DNA from: an uncultured Chloroflexia bacterium
GTDB lineage: Bacteria > Chloroflexota > Anaerolineae > CG2-30-64-16
Reading direction: 5' to 3'
Assembly: GCA_963810095.1 (NCBI GenBank)
Contig: CAWEMM010000012.1
Location: 1 to 64,000 of the forward strand
Length of the DNA stretch: 64,000 nucleotides
In this document: positions 10,908 through 23,137 of the stretch, piece by piece
How positions within the stretch are numbered: position 1 is the stretch's first letter
Layout of the letters: the number at the start of each line of letters is the position of its first letter
Program-made: the position numbers and the translations under genes
Notes under the pieces: model-generated
The model's database searches: none
Seen by the model: the letters and a program-made list of their open reading frames with translations, nothing else
What the model was told of the DNA's origin: nothing

Positions 10908-11205
10908 AGGACACTAATTGTAGCACACTTCGACGCAGGCGCCCAGAAGCAGTCCGACCTGGGACTCGGTTCCACACTCTGTGTGATCTCGCGGTCGGCT
11001 TTCGGGCTACTACAAAGCCCGTTTCGTCGAGTACGAGTCCCTCCGGTTTGGCCAGTATCTGTTCGCACGTGCAGAGTCGCTTGGACCGCCCCTCGTGCGC
11101 CGAGAAGCATGCGCTCTTGCAGTTGTTGGTCGAGCGCATTATAGTGGGCGAGGACACGCCGGAGATCCATCAGGTGGCACCGGCCGTGCTCAAGCGCCAG
11201 GAGCA

Positions 11206-12304
11206 ATGCATCTGCCAATGAAACCGATCCGTCTGCTCGACATGGGCGTGGTTTCGCCCATCCGCTCGCAAACCATCTACCACGCGGTGGGCCATTTGAT
11301 GGGGCCAGACACCCCCGACACCATCATCCTGGTCAGCCCCGATCGTCCGTATGTCTGCATCGGATATCACCAGGACCTGGAACGCGAGGTCGATCTCGAA
11401 TACTGCCGGAGCCACGCCCTGCCCGTCACCCGCCGGGAGGTTGGGGGCGGCGCGGTCTATTTGGACGCGGGGCAGTTGTTCGTGCAGTGGGTCTTCCATC
11501 GTGAGTCAGTGCCCGCAATGCTCGAGGACCGCTTCGAGCTCTACATCCGGCCGCTTGTGGACACCTACCAGGAGCTTGGCGTGCCCGCATACCACCGGCC
11601 GGTCAACGACATCCATGTGGGCGGCAAGAAGATCGGCGGCACGGGCGCGGCGCAGCTGGGCGAGTCCGAGGTGCTGGTCGGCAGCATCATGTTCACCTTC
11701 GATAAGGCCACGATGGCGCGCGTGCTCAAGGTGCCCTCTGAAAAGATGCGCGACAAGGTCTTCGAGAGCCTCGAGCAGTACATGACCACTCTGGCCGAGC
11801 AACTCGACCCGCTGCCAGACCCCAGGCTCGTCCGCGATCTGTACCTTACCCGCGTCTCCGCCGCGCTTGGCCGTGGTCTCGAAGCCGGGGGGCCGACCGT
11901 TGAGGAACTCGCCCTTGCAGCCGATTTGGACAAGCAGTTCGTTTCCGACGAGTGGCTGTACCAGAAAGGAACGTTGCGGCGGGCGGGCGTGAAGATCCAC
12001 GAGGACGTGCACGTGGTGGAGGGCGCGTTCAAGGCGCCGGGCGGCCTGGTGCGCGCGACGGCCCGGCTTCGCGGCGGCCACATCGACGGGTTGGAGCTCG
12101 CCGGCGACTTCACGCTCTTCCCATCCGGCGCCATCGATGACTTGCAAGCTGCGGCAGACGGCGCGCCGGCGACCGCTGACGCGCTCACAGCCCGTTTCGC
12201 CGAGACCTATCGCACGTCTCTCGATCGAGGCCCCTGGGGTGGCGCCGGAACATCTTGCCGCTGCGGTGCTGGCTGCTGCAGGAAGCCGGGGAGAAGGCGC
12301 CTGA
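11206..12304 (+). CDS. lplA: Lipoate-protein ligase (indel near 12220)
   Basis: IGYHQ, RREVGGGAVYLD, NDI...KKIGG and KAPGGL motifs; the true C-terminus appears to be in another frame ending at TGA 12302-12304. Confidence 0.85.
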
Positions 12305-12459
12305 GCGACGGCTTCGCCAACGTGCGCGAGCTTGGCTTCCCTGCAACGCTCCTGCCGTGCCCGGCACGCTGCATCCTTCCGGCGCCCCGGCGACATGTCC
12401 GCCGTGCTTCTGCATGGCGGACGATATCCTGCCGCATACATGTGCTGCCCGCACACGGT

Positions 12460-13161
12460 CTACCCCTTGTTCGGTGCGGTTGCCTCCAGCGGCGGATTCT
12501 GCAGGTGCCAGCCGGTCTCGACAAACTCGCCCGTGACCATGTACACGACTCGCTCACAGATATTCGTCACCCGGTCTGCCGTGCGTTCGAGATTGTGAGC
12601 CGCCATCAGGAGTAAATTGGCCTGGCGAATGTTCGACAGGTCTTGCATGATGTGGGTCATCAGCTCTGCGTAGACCTGGTCGTACAGCCGGTCCACGTCG
12701 TCGTCTCTGGGGATGACGGTCATCGCGAGCGCAGCGTCCCGGCTCGCATAAGCCTGCATTGCGTCGCGGAGCATCACTTGGGCGCTCTTGGCCATGCGCG
12801 GGATGTCGACCAGCGGCTTGATAAAGGGCTCGATGCCGATGCGCTGGTTGATGCGCGCGATCCCTTTGCCGTAGTCGGCGATTCGCTCCAGCTCGTTGGA
12901 GATGAACAGGGCCGCGGCAAGCGCGCGCATATCGCTTGCCAGGGGCGCCTGCGTCGAAACGATCAGCATGACGTTGGCTTCGATCGCATAGCGTTTCTCG
13001 TCGATTGCCCGGTCGCCGGCGATGAGCTCGGCGGACCCATCCAAATCCTTATCGCGCAACACGGCAACGGAGCGCATCACGGCGTGCTCCGCCATGCTCG
13101 CCAGAACCAACACGTCATTGCTGACGTCAGCCAGCGCGTGCTGGTACATTTCACGAGGCAT
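12460..13161 (-). CDS. phoU: Phosphate signalling protein PhoU
   Basis: QAPLASDMR, ELERIADY, DDDVD, LERTADRVTNICERV. Confidence 0.95.
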   Translation of the reverse strand: MPREMYQHALADVSNDVLVLASMAEHAVMRSVAVLRDKDLDGSAELIAGDRAIDEKRYAIEANVMLIVSTQAPLASDMRALAAALFISNELERIADYGKGIARINQRIGIEPFIKPLVDIPRMAKSAQVMLRDAMQAYASRDAALAMTVIPRDDDVDRLYDQVYAELMTHIMQDLSNIRQANLLLMAAHNLERTADRVTNICERVVYMVTGEFVETGWHLQNPPLEATAPNKG

Positions 13162-13221
13162 CTCTACTCCTCCACTCCCGCCTGCGTCAGGTGCGTACTC
13201 ACAGGGCGGTCCCACCGGGCA

Positions 13222-14070
13222 TCAGCCAAAACGGCCGGTAATATAGTCTTCGGTCAGCTTGTTCTTTGGATTGGTGAACAAGCCGCTCGTATCGCCATAC
13301 TCGGCCAGGTAGCCGGCGCGGTCCTCGCCCATGTTGAAGAACGCGGTATAGTCGGAGACTCGGGCGGCCTGCTGCATGTTGTGCGTCACGATGATGATCG
13401 TGTACTGTTGGGCGAGTTCGCGCATCAGGTCTTCGATCTTCAGGGTCGCGATCGGGTCGAGCGCGGAGCACGGCTCGTCCATCAGGATAATGTCGGGCCG
13501 GGTCGCGATGGCGCGGGCGATGCACAGGCGCTGCTGCTGCCCGCCCGAAAGCGAGTATCCACTCTGGCTCAGCTTGTCCTTCACATCATCCCAGAGCGCA
13601 GCCTGGCGCAGCGACTGCTCCACCAGGTCGTCCATTTTGCCCCGGTAACCGTTGATCTTCGCGCCCCAGGCGATGTTCTCGTAAATGCTCTTGGGGAACG
13701 GGTTCGGCTTCTGGAAGACCATGCCGATGCGCCGGCGCACCTCGACCGCGTCCACGTCAGGCGCGTACAGGTTATGACCCCGGAATTCCACCGTGCCTTC
13801 CACCCGGGCCGTGGGAATCAAGTCGTTCATGCGGTTGAAGCAGCGCAGCACGGTGCTCTTGCCGCAGCCGGAAGGACCGATCAGCGCCGTGATCTTGCGC
13901 GGCTGAATGCTCAGGTTTACCCCGCGTACGGCCTGAAACATGCCGTAGAAGACGTCGAGATTCGCGACGCGCAGGGCGTGGGCCGCGCCTTCGACCGCTG
14001 AGGCAGTCGTCGCGGATGCGGTCGGCGAAGTCATCGCCGCGGGCGCGGTGCGTGTCAAACTCACCATCAT
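13222..14070 (-). CDS. pstB: Phosphate ABC transporter ATPase
   Basis: [48 protein letters not shown]. Confidence 0.97.
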   Translation of the reverse strand: MMVSLTRTAPAAMTSPTASATTASAVEGAAHALRVANLDVFYGMFQAVRGVNLSIQPRKITALIGPSGCGKSTVLRCFNRMNDLIPTARVEGTVEFRGHNLYAPDVDAVEVRRRIGMVFQKPNPFPKSIYENIAWGAKINGYRGKMDDLVEQSLRQAALWDDVKDKLSQSGYSLSGGQQQRLCIARAIATRPDIILMDEPCSALDPIATLKIEDLMRELAQQYTIIIVTHNMQQAARVSDYTAFFNMGEDRAGYLAEYGDTSGLFTNPKNKLTEDYITGRFG

Positions 14071-14071
14071 A

Positions 14072-15383
14072 TCAATAACTCCGGGCATACTTATTGCGCA
14101 GCACGATGGCGGCCGCATTCATGGCCAGCAAAAGGACGAGCAGGACCATGATCGCCGCGGCGGCCAGGTGTTGGAACTCCTGCTGCGGCCGGGCGGTCCA
14201 CTGGTATATCTGAATGGGCAGCGTGGTGAATTTTGAGAACGGGCCGTTCGGGTCCACCACGATGAAGGTTGCCGCGCCGATGACGACGAGCGGTGCGGTC
14301 TCGCCCAGCGCGCGGGAAATCGCCAGGATCACGCCGGTCAGGATGCCGGGAATAGCGTTGGGGAGCACGTGTGCGCGAATCGTCTGCCACTTCGTGGCGC
14401 CCAGCCCGTAGCCTGCCTCGCGAAAGGCGTTGGGCACCGCCCGGACCGCCTCGCGCGCATTGATGATGATCAGCGGCAGGATCAGGAGCCCCAGCGTCAG
14501 CCCCGCCGATGCGACCGTGCGACCGTTAGCCGTAGTCGGGTCGACCGCCCCGAAGATGCGGCCGCTCGTCATGGCTTGCATTGCACGCACAAACACTGCC
14601 AGGCCGAGCATGCCGTAGATGATCGAAGGCACGCCGGCGAGGTTGTTGATGTTGGTCTCGATCCACCGTCCCACTCTGCTGTCGCCCGCATATTCCTCCA
14701 GGTACACCGCGGCGCCGACCCCGAGCGGAACGGAGAAAATGAAGGCGATGAAGACGACCCACAGCGACCCCAGGATTGCGGTGCGCACCCCCGCGAATTC
14801 CGGCTTTGACGACTGCGGCGAGGTCAGGAAGCCCGCGGTCACCCAGCTCCGGAATTCCAGCCGGGCGTTGGGGATTGCGAGCGCCGCGGCCTCGATCGCC
14901 GGCCGGTCAAACATCGACTCGATCAGGCTCCAACTGGCGACGATCTTCGGCTTTACCACCTCTTCCGTCAGCAGTTGGGCCAGTTCGACCTCCGTGCGTT
15001 GTTCGAGCGGCCCCGCCGCGGCCAGAGCGCGGGCACGGCCCTTCGAGACGTTGGCCGTCAATAGGCCGACCAGGTCGGCGCTTTGGCAGCGCGGCCAGGT
15101 TCGCGCCCGCGCCCGTCAGCGCGCCCTCAGGCACGGCTCGCGCCTGTGCTGCGTAGTAATCACGCACCAGCACCTGCGGATCGACCTGGTTTTGATACGC
15201 GACATAGCCGAACGACTCGGTGATGACGTTGTAGAGCAGGGCCAACAGCGCCATGACGCCGATGACGGTGGCCCCGAGGAACACCGTGTGCCAAAGCTGG
15301 GCGACCCGCTTGCGCCGGTCCACAAAACGGTGCAGATCCTGGGCTTCGGGGTAGCCGGCGCCGTCCTTTGTCTCCACACTCAT
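14072..15383 (-). CDS. pstA: Phosphate ABC permease PstA (indels in the 5' part)
   Basis: [26 protein letters not shown]. Confidence 0.9.
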
Positions 15384-15384
15384 G

Positions 15385-16372
15385 CTAATACCTCATGCGA
15401 TAGCGCCGGACGATCGATTGGCTGATAATGTTCAGCGTCAGGGTAATGAAGAACAGCATCAGGGCAATGGCGAAGATGCTGGTGTAGTCGATCGAGTTGT
15501 AGCTCAAGTCGCCGCCACTGATGCGCACGATGTGCCCGGTCATGGTCTCGCCCGACTTGAACGGGTTCAGCAGCGCGAGCTTGTTGACCGCCTCGCCCCA
15601 GCTGTTGAAGTTGCGGGGACCCGAACCGGCCGCGATCGCAACCACCATGGTCTCGCCGACCGCACGGGAAATCGCAACGATAAACGCGGCGCCCAGCCCG
15701 GACAGGGCCGCGGGCACGACGATCTTGAGCGCGGTTTCGAGCTTGGTCGCGCCCAGCGCGTATGCGCCCTCACGCAGGCTGCGCGGGATGGCGCTGAGTG
15801 CGTCCTCGCTCATCGAAGCGACGAGGGGTACGATCAGGATGCCGATCGCGAGGCCGGCGGACGCCATGTTGAAGATGTCGACGGTGTCGCGACCCAGGAG
15901 CGCTGCGAAGTATCGGCGTGATGAAGTTGAGCGCAAAGTAGCCATAGACGACCGTCGGGATGCCCGCCAGCACCTCGAGCACGGGCTTCAGGATCTTGCG
16001 CGAGCGGGCCGTGGCGTACTCGCTCAGGTAGATGGCAATGCCCAGGCCCACCGGCAGCGCGACCAGCATGCCAATCATGCTCGTCAACAGCGTTGCCAGG
16101 AAGAGCGGGAAGATCCCGAACTGGCCGATTTGGGGCTGCCAGGCCGTGGTGGTGAAGAAGCCGGCCAGGCTGACGCTGCGGATCGCGGAAAAACAGCAGC
16201 GCTTGCTCGAGCAGCACCAGGACGATCCCCAGCGTGGTCAGGATCGACACGGCCGCACAAAAGAACAGGAAGCGTCGGACGAGTGTCTCGCCGATGCGCC
16301 TCCGTTGCCGCAGGTCCACGCCTTCGGCGCCGGAACTGCCGATAAATCGGATCGGATAATTTCGCCCTGCAA
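15385..16372 (-). CDS. pstC: Phosphate ABC permease PstC (several indels)
   Basis: YLSEYA...[26 protein letters not shown] and SRAVGETM are distributed over three frames. Confidence 0.9.
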
Positions 16373-16407
16373 TTGTCGCTTCCTCCTGCTCTCTTGCCGG
16401 GATGGCA

Positions 16408-16444
16408 GGGAGGAGTGGCTTCTGCCTGAAAGCCCACTCCTCCC
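16408..16444 (-). terminator. Stem-loop between pstS and pstC (partial terminator or mRNA stabiliser)
   Basis: gggaggagtgg...ccactcctccc inverted repeat. Confidence 0.6.
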
Positions 16445-16472
16445 AATACGGCTGGTCAGCGCCGCGCTGCCG

Positions 16473-17618
16473 TTACTTCGTCGCGTCCTGGAATGCCTGA
16501 ACTGACTGGGCCGAAGTGCCTCGGCGGGCGCCGGGAAGTAGCCGACCTTGCCGATGAGCTCGTCGACATTCTGCAGGTAGTAGCTGATGAAGTGCCGCCA
16601 CCTGCGGCTTGTCCTGCATGATCTTGGCGTCGGAGTACAGGAACAGCGGGCGGGCCAGCTTGTACTTGCCGGCATTGACGGTTTCGGCCGTGGGTGCGAC
16701 GCCCTCGACGGCGAGGTCCTGCAGCTTGCCCTTGTTCTCCAGGTAGTAGGCGAAGCCGAAGAAGCCGATGGCGTTCTTGTCGCCCTCGACGCCCTGAACC
16801 AGCACGTTGTCATCTTCGGACAGCTGCAGGTTGGCGGCGCCCAGCAGAGCCTCCGCGACCCTTGCCCTTGTCCGCCGTGGCATCCTTGACGTACGCCTTG
16901 TCCATCACCGCCTCGACAAAGTAGTCGAAGGTGCCCGAGTCCGTACCGGGCGTGAAGCGTTTGATCGGCTCCTTCGGCCAGGCCGGGTTCACATCCGACC
17001 AGTTGGTCGTATCCTTCGAGAAGATCTTGGCCAGCTCCGCCAGGGTCACGCCGTCCTTCAGCCAGTCGTTCGCCGGGTTCACCACGACCGCCAGCGCGTC
17101 GGTGCCGACGCGGAACTCGATGGGCGTGCGGTTGATCTTGGCGCAGTTCTCCTGCTCCGAGTCCTTGATGGCGCCGGCTGGCATTCGAAATGTCCGTCTC
17201 GCCCGTCTTGCAGAACCGCTCGAAGCCCGCACCCGTCCCGATCGAGTCGATCGTCAGGTTGCCGCCGTAGCCTTCCTCGCGGAACTGTTCGGCCACCGCT
17301 TCGCTCAACGGAAACACCGTCGACGATCCCGCCGTGATGATGTCACCCTTCACATCCAGCGGATTCACCTCGGGCAGCATCGCGCCGCCGGCCGCCGGTG
17401 CCGTGGTCGGCTCAGCAGCAGCCGCGGCGGGCGCCGTGGTTGCGTTCCGGTGCCTTAGTCGGCTCGGGAGCGGCGGTGGCCTGCTCAGTGGTTGGTGCGG
17501 GCGCGGAGGTTGCTGCCTGTTGAGTTGCGGGTGCCTGGGTGGGCTGCGCGGCGGGCTGCGCACAGGCAGCTACCAGCATGCCAGCGATAAACAGTACGAC
17601 GAAGAGTCTCGAACGCAT
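16473..17618 (-). CDS. pstS: Phosphate-binding lipoprotein PstS (several indels)
   Basis: Lipobox LVAAC; GSSTVFP, GTGAGFERFC, DSGTFDYF, SEDDN, ARPLFLY. Confidence 0.9.
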
Positions 17619-17700
17619 TTCTCCCCCTAAAGTACTGGGCCCATGGTTCGGGCATGAATATTCGCTTCCACACGAAGCCAGCATGAGACTAGCATGCCGA

Positions 17701-17760
17701 CTTTAAGCGCAACCACACTTTTGGTTAACCCTCGGCCAAGCTTGGGTAAGGAATCGTTAA
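17701..17760 (-). promoter_or_regulatory. Pho-box-like direct repeats upstream of pstS
   Basis: Minus-strand TTAAC/TTACC/TTAAC/TTAAA at offsets 0, 11, 32 and 54. Confidence 0.55.
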
Positions 17761-17898
17761 CGATTGCCGCGCCGCTTCGCCTTGTCGGTGCAGGGCGGTT
17801 CGCGAATGGCCGCCAAGCCATGACGCTTTGACTGTCCTCGACGATCCCGCGGTGCTGAGTTGGGGGCGCTCGAACACGACCGCGGAGCAGATCGCTCC

Positions 17899-18579
17899 TT
17901 ACCCTTCGAACCGGTAGCCGATGGCCCGCACCGTAATGATCCGGCGTGGCGCGACGCAGCGTCCGCTTCAATCTTCTCGCGGAGCCAGCGCACGTGCACG
18001 TCGACCGTGCGGTTGTCGCCCAGGTAGTCGTAGCCCCAGACCCGGGTCATCAGCAGGTCACGCGACAGCACGGAGCCCGGGTGCCGCATCATCTCGGCCA
18101 ACAGGTTGAACTCCTTAGGGCTCAGCGTCAGCTCACGGCCGGCCAGCGTCGCGCGCCGGCTGACGAGGTCAAGCACCAGGTCTCGGGATCGCAGCTCTTC
18201 ACGGGGTTGGACCGCTACCTGCACGGCGCAAGAGCGCCCGGATGCGCGCCTGCAGCTCACCGATGCTGAACGGCTTGGTCAGGTAATCGTCGGCCCCGCT
18301 CTCCAGTCCGACGATTTTGTCCAGGTCGCCGGTGCGTGCGGTGAGCATGATGATGGGCACCTGGGAGAATCCCCGAATGCTGCGACAGACGGTGAGGCCG
18401 TCGATCTCGGGCAGCATAAGGTCGAGCAGCACGAGATCGGGCGTCTTGTTCCTGGCCGCGTCCAGCGCAGCCGGGCCGTCGGCCGCGGTGATCACCTCGT
18501 AGCCCGCGCTCCGCAGGTTGAGGGCCAGCGTTTCCCGGAGCGTGGCTTCGTCGTCCACCAGCAAAAGCTTTTCTGCCAT
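17899..18579 (-). CDS. OmpR/PhoB-family response regulator, probably PhoP/PhoB (indels)
   Basis: LVDDE, LLDLMLP, GADDYLTKPF receiver; RTVDVHVRWLREKIE...GYRF winged helix; adjacent to pst operon. Confidence 0.9.
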
Positions 18580-18714
18580 CTCGTTCGACACAGTCCCCCT
18601 TCCCAGGCGCGTGAGCAACCATGAACCGGGGACAGAAGTGCAGCGACAAGCAGTGCAGCGATGGCCTGACGAATGACAGTCTGGCCCCATGGACGTGAAG
18701 GATAGCTAGTCCAG

Positions 18715-18763
18715 TTTATCGACGAGTGAAGGGGTTCTTATCGGAGTGTAAAGATTCCGTTAA
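18715..18763 (-). promoter_or_regulatory. Pho-box-like 11-bp-period repeats upstream of the response regulator
   Basis: Minus-strand TTAAC, TTTAC, ATAAG, TTCAC, ATAAA spaced exactly 11 bp apart. Confidence 0.6.
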
Positions 18764-18893
18764 GAGGTTTGAACAATCGGGGTCCGCCGCCGCCCGCATG
18801 TGGAAGGGTCTCCGAGGCGCAACGGAACAGGGGGGGTCAGGGATCGCACAGCAGAGGCTTCAGAAACGAAGCAGAAGACGGAAATGTCCGCTC

Positions 18894-18931
18894 TGACGTG
18901 CCCGGCACTTCCACTGTGCCGGGGCACGTCA
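18894..18931. terminator. GC-rich hairpin downstream of the S51 peptidase-like gene
   Basis: tgacgtgcccggcac...gtgccggggcacgtca. Confidence 0.45.
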
Positions 18932-18982
18932 CCGTTAAGGGTGCAAACAGGCAGCATAAGGGGCGAACCCCACTGCTGCAGA

Positions 18983-19691
18983 TCACGACGCCTCGCGCCA
19001 GTAGATCCGATCGCCCGCCGAATAGCGCACTGGTCCGCCGGTGCCCCAAACCGTGACGCCGCCGGCGCCGGCCACCGAGAGGCGGAGTGCGGCGGACGAG
19101 TCCTCCCGGCTCACCAGCAGCGCAGTGTTGCCGTCGATCCCCACCAGCGTCGCCTGACGGGCCAGCCCAACCCGCAGCACGCGCGCCAGTGCCCCTGGGA
19201 CCTCGTCGTAATGCGGCATGATGGCCGCCCCGGGCAGCAGGTTAAAGCCGGGATGCCGGCCCCAGGGCGCCGAACGCGGTCCCGCAAATCATCGCGCCGG
19301 CGCTGCAGCCGGCTACCACGCCGCCGCCTTCAAGCACGCGCATGATCGCGGCCCAGGTCGGGCTCCCGACCAGCGTATCGTAAAGGTACTGCGGCTTGCC
19401 GCCGGACAGGTAGACGAAGTTCGCCGATTCGATACGGGCGACGCAAGATGCATCGTGCGCCGACTCCCGGTCGATCACCCCGACGGCTTCGGCCCGTGCG
19501 CCTAACCCGGCAAAGTGGGCGACACCGAGGTCCGACCAGTAGCGGATGCGCTCCGCACCTTCCGTTCCCGCAGCCGTCGGCAAACACACTACCCGCGCTT
19601 CACCCGCCAGCCGGGCCAGGAGCAGTCGATCGACAGGCTCCATCAAAGGCAGGTACTCGCCACTGCCGACTAATGCCAGAGTTCCCCTCAC
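18983..19691 (-). CDS. Peptidase S51 / cyanophycinase-like protein (indel near 19260)
   Basis: LALVGSGE, PTAA, YLSGG, GCSAGAM nucleophile motif, PHYD, GIDGNTAL. Confidence 0.8.
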
Positions 19692-19856
19692 TGCGGACCT
19701 TCACTTTCACGCGCCCGACCGAGCGGGATTGCAGCGCGAGCTGACGGGGCGGGGTCAGCCCCTCCTGCCGCCGGAGCAATCAATCCCCCGCTAGGCTCGC
19801 GACTCACTACAACATCTGGCATCGCCTTCACCGTCCTTCGTGGCGCCGCACCGGCC

Positions 19857-20297
19857 TCAACTCGTTCGCGCGACAATCAGGAACGCGAGCAGCCCTGCCG
19901 TCAGCGTCCAGCTTACCATCAGGTTGCCAATCAGCACGGAGGGACGGATCTCGTATTGCCTGAACGGCAGCGGACGCAGGTCATCGTACGTCGTCACCAC
20001 CTCCGCGATCGCTTCCTGCGACCGCTGGAAGTACCACCAGCTCGCAACGGTGTGCACGATCCCGAGGATCACGATGACGGCCGCGGCGCCAAGAAAGGCG
20101 AGGCGGCTGCGCTGGATGAAGGCACGACTGCTCTCTGAGCTGATGAACCAGCCGGCAGTCAGGCTCAGGAGACCCACGGTCCAGACAAAGTTCGCGGTGT
20201 AACTCTTGAAGATATCGATGATGACGTCGTACAGCCTGGAAAAGCGCTCGCGCTCGTCCATCGGGCAGGATCGTTTGGCAGATTCCAACGGTCTCAT
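19857..20297 (-). CDS. Hypothetical membrane protein
   Basis: Three hydrophobic segments; GAGGAGG RBS. Confidence 0.65.
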   Translation of the reverse strand: MRPLESAKRSCPMDERERFSRLYDVIIDIFKSYTANFVWTVGLLSLTAGWFISSESSRAFIQRSRLAFLGAAAVIVILGIVHTVASWWYFQRSQEAIAEVVTTYDDLRPLPFRQYEIRPSVLIGNLMVSWTLTAGLLAFLIVARTS

Positions 20298-20568
20298 CGT
20301 TCCTCCTCGCTCAGCCACACCGAGGATTATTGCTGAACTATGCGGTATTTGTATGTTGCTCCGACTACCGGCCGGGCAAGGCGACGAGGAACGGCAGGGG
20401 CTAGGAGGGCTCGTATCAAATGCAGACGGGGCCGGTTGCCCGGCTTGTCGTCACGGAAGACAGGGAGGCACGGTAGGGGACACTGCATCGCGGCTCCCCA
20501 AGTTGCCTTATCATATCCGTTGCCCGTCTCGCGGGCGCGCAAGAGGCTGAATGAGAAGGGAGAAAAGC

Positions 20569-21252
20569 ATGAACATTGGCATCCTGGGCACGGGCATTGT
20601 GGGGCAGACGCTGGCGGCCAAGCTGGACGAACTGGGGCACGCCGTGGTAATGGGCACGCGCAACCCCGAGCAGACGCAGGCGCGCACCGCGCCGCATCCG
20701 TCCGGCCCTCCCCCTTTCAACGTGTGGCAGTCGGAGCATCGCGGCGTGCGGCTGGCCGAGTTTGCGGAGGCCGCCCGGCACGGTGACATGGTCATCAATG
20801 CGACTAGCGGCCTCGGCTCGCTCGATGCACTGCGTCTGGCCGGCGAAGCAAACCTGGCCGCGAAGGTGCTCATCGACGTGTCTAACCCCCTCGACTTTTC
20901 ACACGGCATGCCGCCGTCGCTGGCGGTATGCAACACCGACTCAACGGGCGAACAAATCCAGCGCGCCTTCCCACAGGCGAAGGTGGTCAAGGCGCTCAAC
21001 ACCGTGACCGCATTCCTCATGGTCGACCCAGGCCGGGTCAATGGCGGCGACCACACGCTGTTAATCTGCGGGAACGACGGGGAGGCGAAGGCACAGGTGC
21101 AAGGGTGGCTCGGAGCGTGGTTCGGCTGGCGCGACATCCTCGATCTGGGCGACATCACGGCCGCGCGCGGGATGGAGATGTACCTCCCGCTGTGGCTGCG
21201 GGCGTGGGGCGCGCTGGGCACGGGTATGTTCAACGTGAAGATCGTCAAGTAG
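20569..21252 (+). CDS. NADPH-dependent F420 reductase-like NAD(P)-binding oxidoreductase
   Basis: IGILGTGIVG, IDVSNP, VVKALNT, DLGDI. Confidence 0.88.
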   Translation: MNIGILGTGIVGQTLAAKLDELGHAVVMGTRNPEQTQARTAPHPSGPPPFNVWQSEHRGVRLAEFAEAARHGDMVINATSGLGSLDALRLAGEANLAAKVLIDVSNPLDFSHGMPPSLAVCNTDSTGEQIQRAFPQAKVVKALNTVTAFLMVDPGRVNGGDHTLLICGNDGEAKAQVQGWLGAWFGWRDILDLGDITAARGMEMYLPLWLRAWGALGTGMFNVKIVK

Positions 21253-21328
21253 GGCGGGAGAGGGGCGCGGGCAGTGCATCTCACGCGCCCCCCTTCTCCC
21301 TGAATCGACGATGTAGTACTTGATGCCG

Positions 21329-22950
21329 CTAAGGCTCACCTCGCGGCGATCCAACGTCGGTTGGCAGGCTTCGCACGTACCACAACGCGACCAGCGCGGC
21401 TCAGCGCGACGGCGGCAAACGCCGCCCGGAGCGCCGCAATCTGCGCGTCGGCGTAGTGGAGCACGATCGCGTCTGCCTGATCGGGCGGCAGTCCGGCCTG
21501 TTCCGCGGCCGCTTGCACCTGGGCGGTCGTCACGAAGTTGGCCCGCTGCTCTGCCACGGCCGCCAACTGTTCGCTCACGTCTGCCAGCGCCGGGTTGGCC
21601 AGAACTGCGCCCTGGAAGTTGCTGACCAGCGCTGCGAGCAGGATGGAGCCCACAAGCGCCGTGCCCAGCGATGCACCGAGGTTCATCGCAGTGCCCTGTA
21701 GGCCGCCCGCCTCACTGCCCCGCGTCGGGGGCACAGACGACATGATGACGTTGCCCAGCTGCGACACCATGAGCCCATTGCCCGCGCCCACCAGCGCCAG
21801 TGCGAGCGCGAATCCGGCCTTGCGAAGGTCCGGACCGGTCAGCGCGATCAGCAGGACCGCGCCGCCCAGCATCCCCATCAGGCCAATCTCGACGATACGC
21901 CGGGGCGACATGCGGGATGTGAGCGCAGCACCCAGCAGCGCAAATACAAAAAGGCTGAGCGAGAGCGGCAGAAGCGTCTTGCCCGTCTCGAGCGAATCAA
22001 ACCCCAACACCGTCTGCAAGTAGAGCGGGAGGACGAAGAAGATGCCCATGATCATGAACTGCTGGCTCGCCAGCGTGGTGAGCCCCGCCGCGCAGGCGGC
22101 CAATCTCCAGCAGCCGGATATCCAGGAGCGGCTCGCCGCCCGCGGCGATGACGGCGGATTCGCGACGCGCGAAAGCCCCGAGCAACACCACGCCGGCCAC
22201 GATGAGCCAGAAGACCGGGGACAGGCCCAACAGGGTAAACGGGGCCGACGGCTTCGGCGTAACCCAGCCCCATTGGCTGGAGCGAAGGATGCCGAAAACC
22301 GCGAGCCCGAAGCCTGCGGCCGACAAGGCCGCGCCCGGGATGTCAAGCTTGCCGCCCTTCGGGCTTGTCGCGGGGATCGCCTTGAGGAAGAGCATGAGGA
22401 ACAGCACCACGACCGTCTCCGCGGCAAAGACCAGGCGCCAGCTGTAGTAAGTGGTCACCCAGCCGCCGATCAGCGGACCGAGCGCGGCCGAGATTCCCGT
22501 TACGCCGCCCAGGATGCCGTAGGCCATGGCACGCTGGCGGCCCTGGTAAGTGCGGGCAGTGAGCGCGGCAATGGCCGGGATGACCAGGATGGCGCCGAAC
22601 CCCTCCACAAACGACCAGCCGCCGATGAGCACGGTCAAGTTCGGCGAAAGCGCTGTAATGAACGAACCGGTACCGTAGATGAGCAGGCCGACGGCATAGC
22701 CGCGCTTGGCGCCCCACCGGTCGCCCAGCTTGCCGCCGAGCAGCATGAAGGCCGCCATCACCAGGGTGTATAGCGTGATCGCCGTCTGCATGCCGACGAT
22801 CGTCGTGTTCAGATCCGCCGCGACTTGTGAGATCGAAACGTTCATCACGGTCGTGTCGAGGACCATGATGAACTGGGCTGCCGCCAGCATCATGAGGACG
22901 CCCCAACCGGCGGTCTTTTCTGTCGTTGCCGCTGGAACTTGAGTGGTCAT
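21329..22950 (-). CDS. MFS transporter, DHA2-like (indels near 22100 and 21400)
   Basis: QFIMVLDTTVMNVS, GGKLGDRWG, GPLIGG, PLYLQTVLG. Confidence 0.88.
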
Positions 22951-23137
22951 AGATCGGTTCCTCCAATCGGCCGGTTGTGGATTGGCGCGTCGATGCCCGG
23001 TTTTCCGCGAATTCCTCAGTGACGTCGCCCATCGTACTCGCGCTCGGGGAACGATGAGAGGTACGAATAATCGCTAATCAACGTCGATGGACATCATAAA
23101 GATGACCGCTAATCCCTGGAAGGCGAGCCGGCGATCC

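Noticed and set aside
11095-12615. 506-aa lipoate ligase overlapping phoU
   Set aside because: The extension comes from an indel near 12220; a plausible C-terminus ends at 12304.
14072-18579. pstS, pstC, pstA and the regulator as pseudogenes or programmed frameshifts
   Set aside because: Multiple scattered indels, motifs intact, no consistent slippery sites; sequencing error is more likely.
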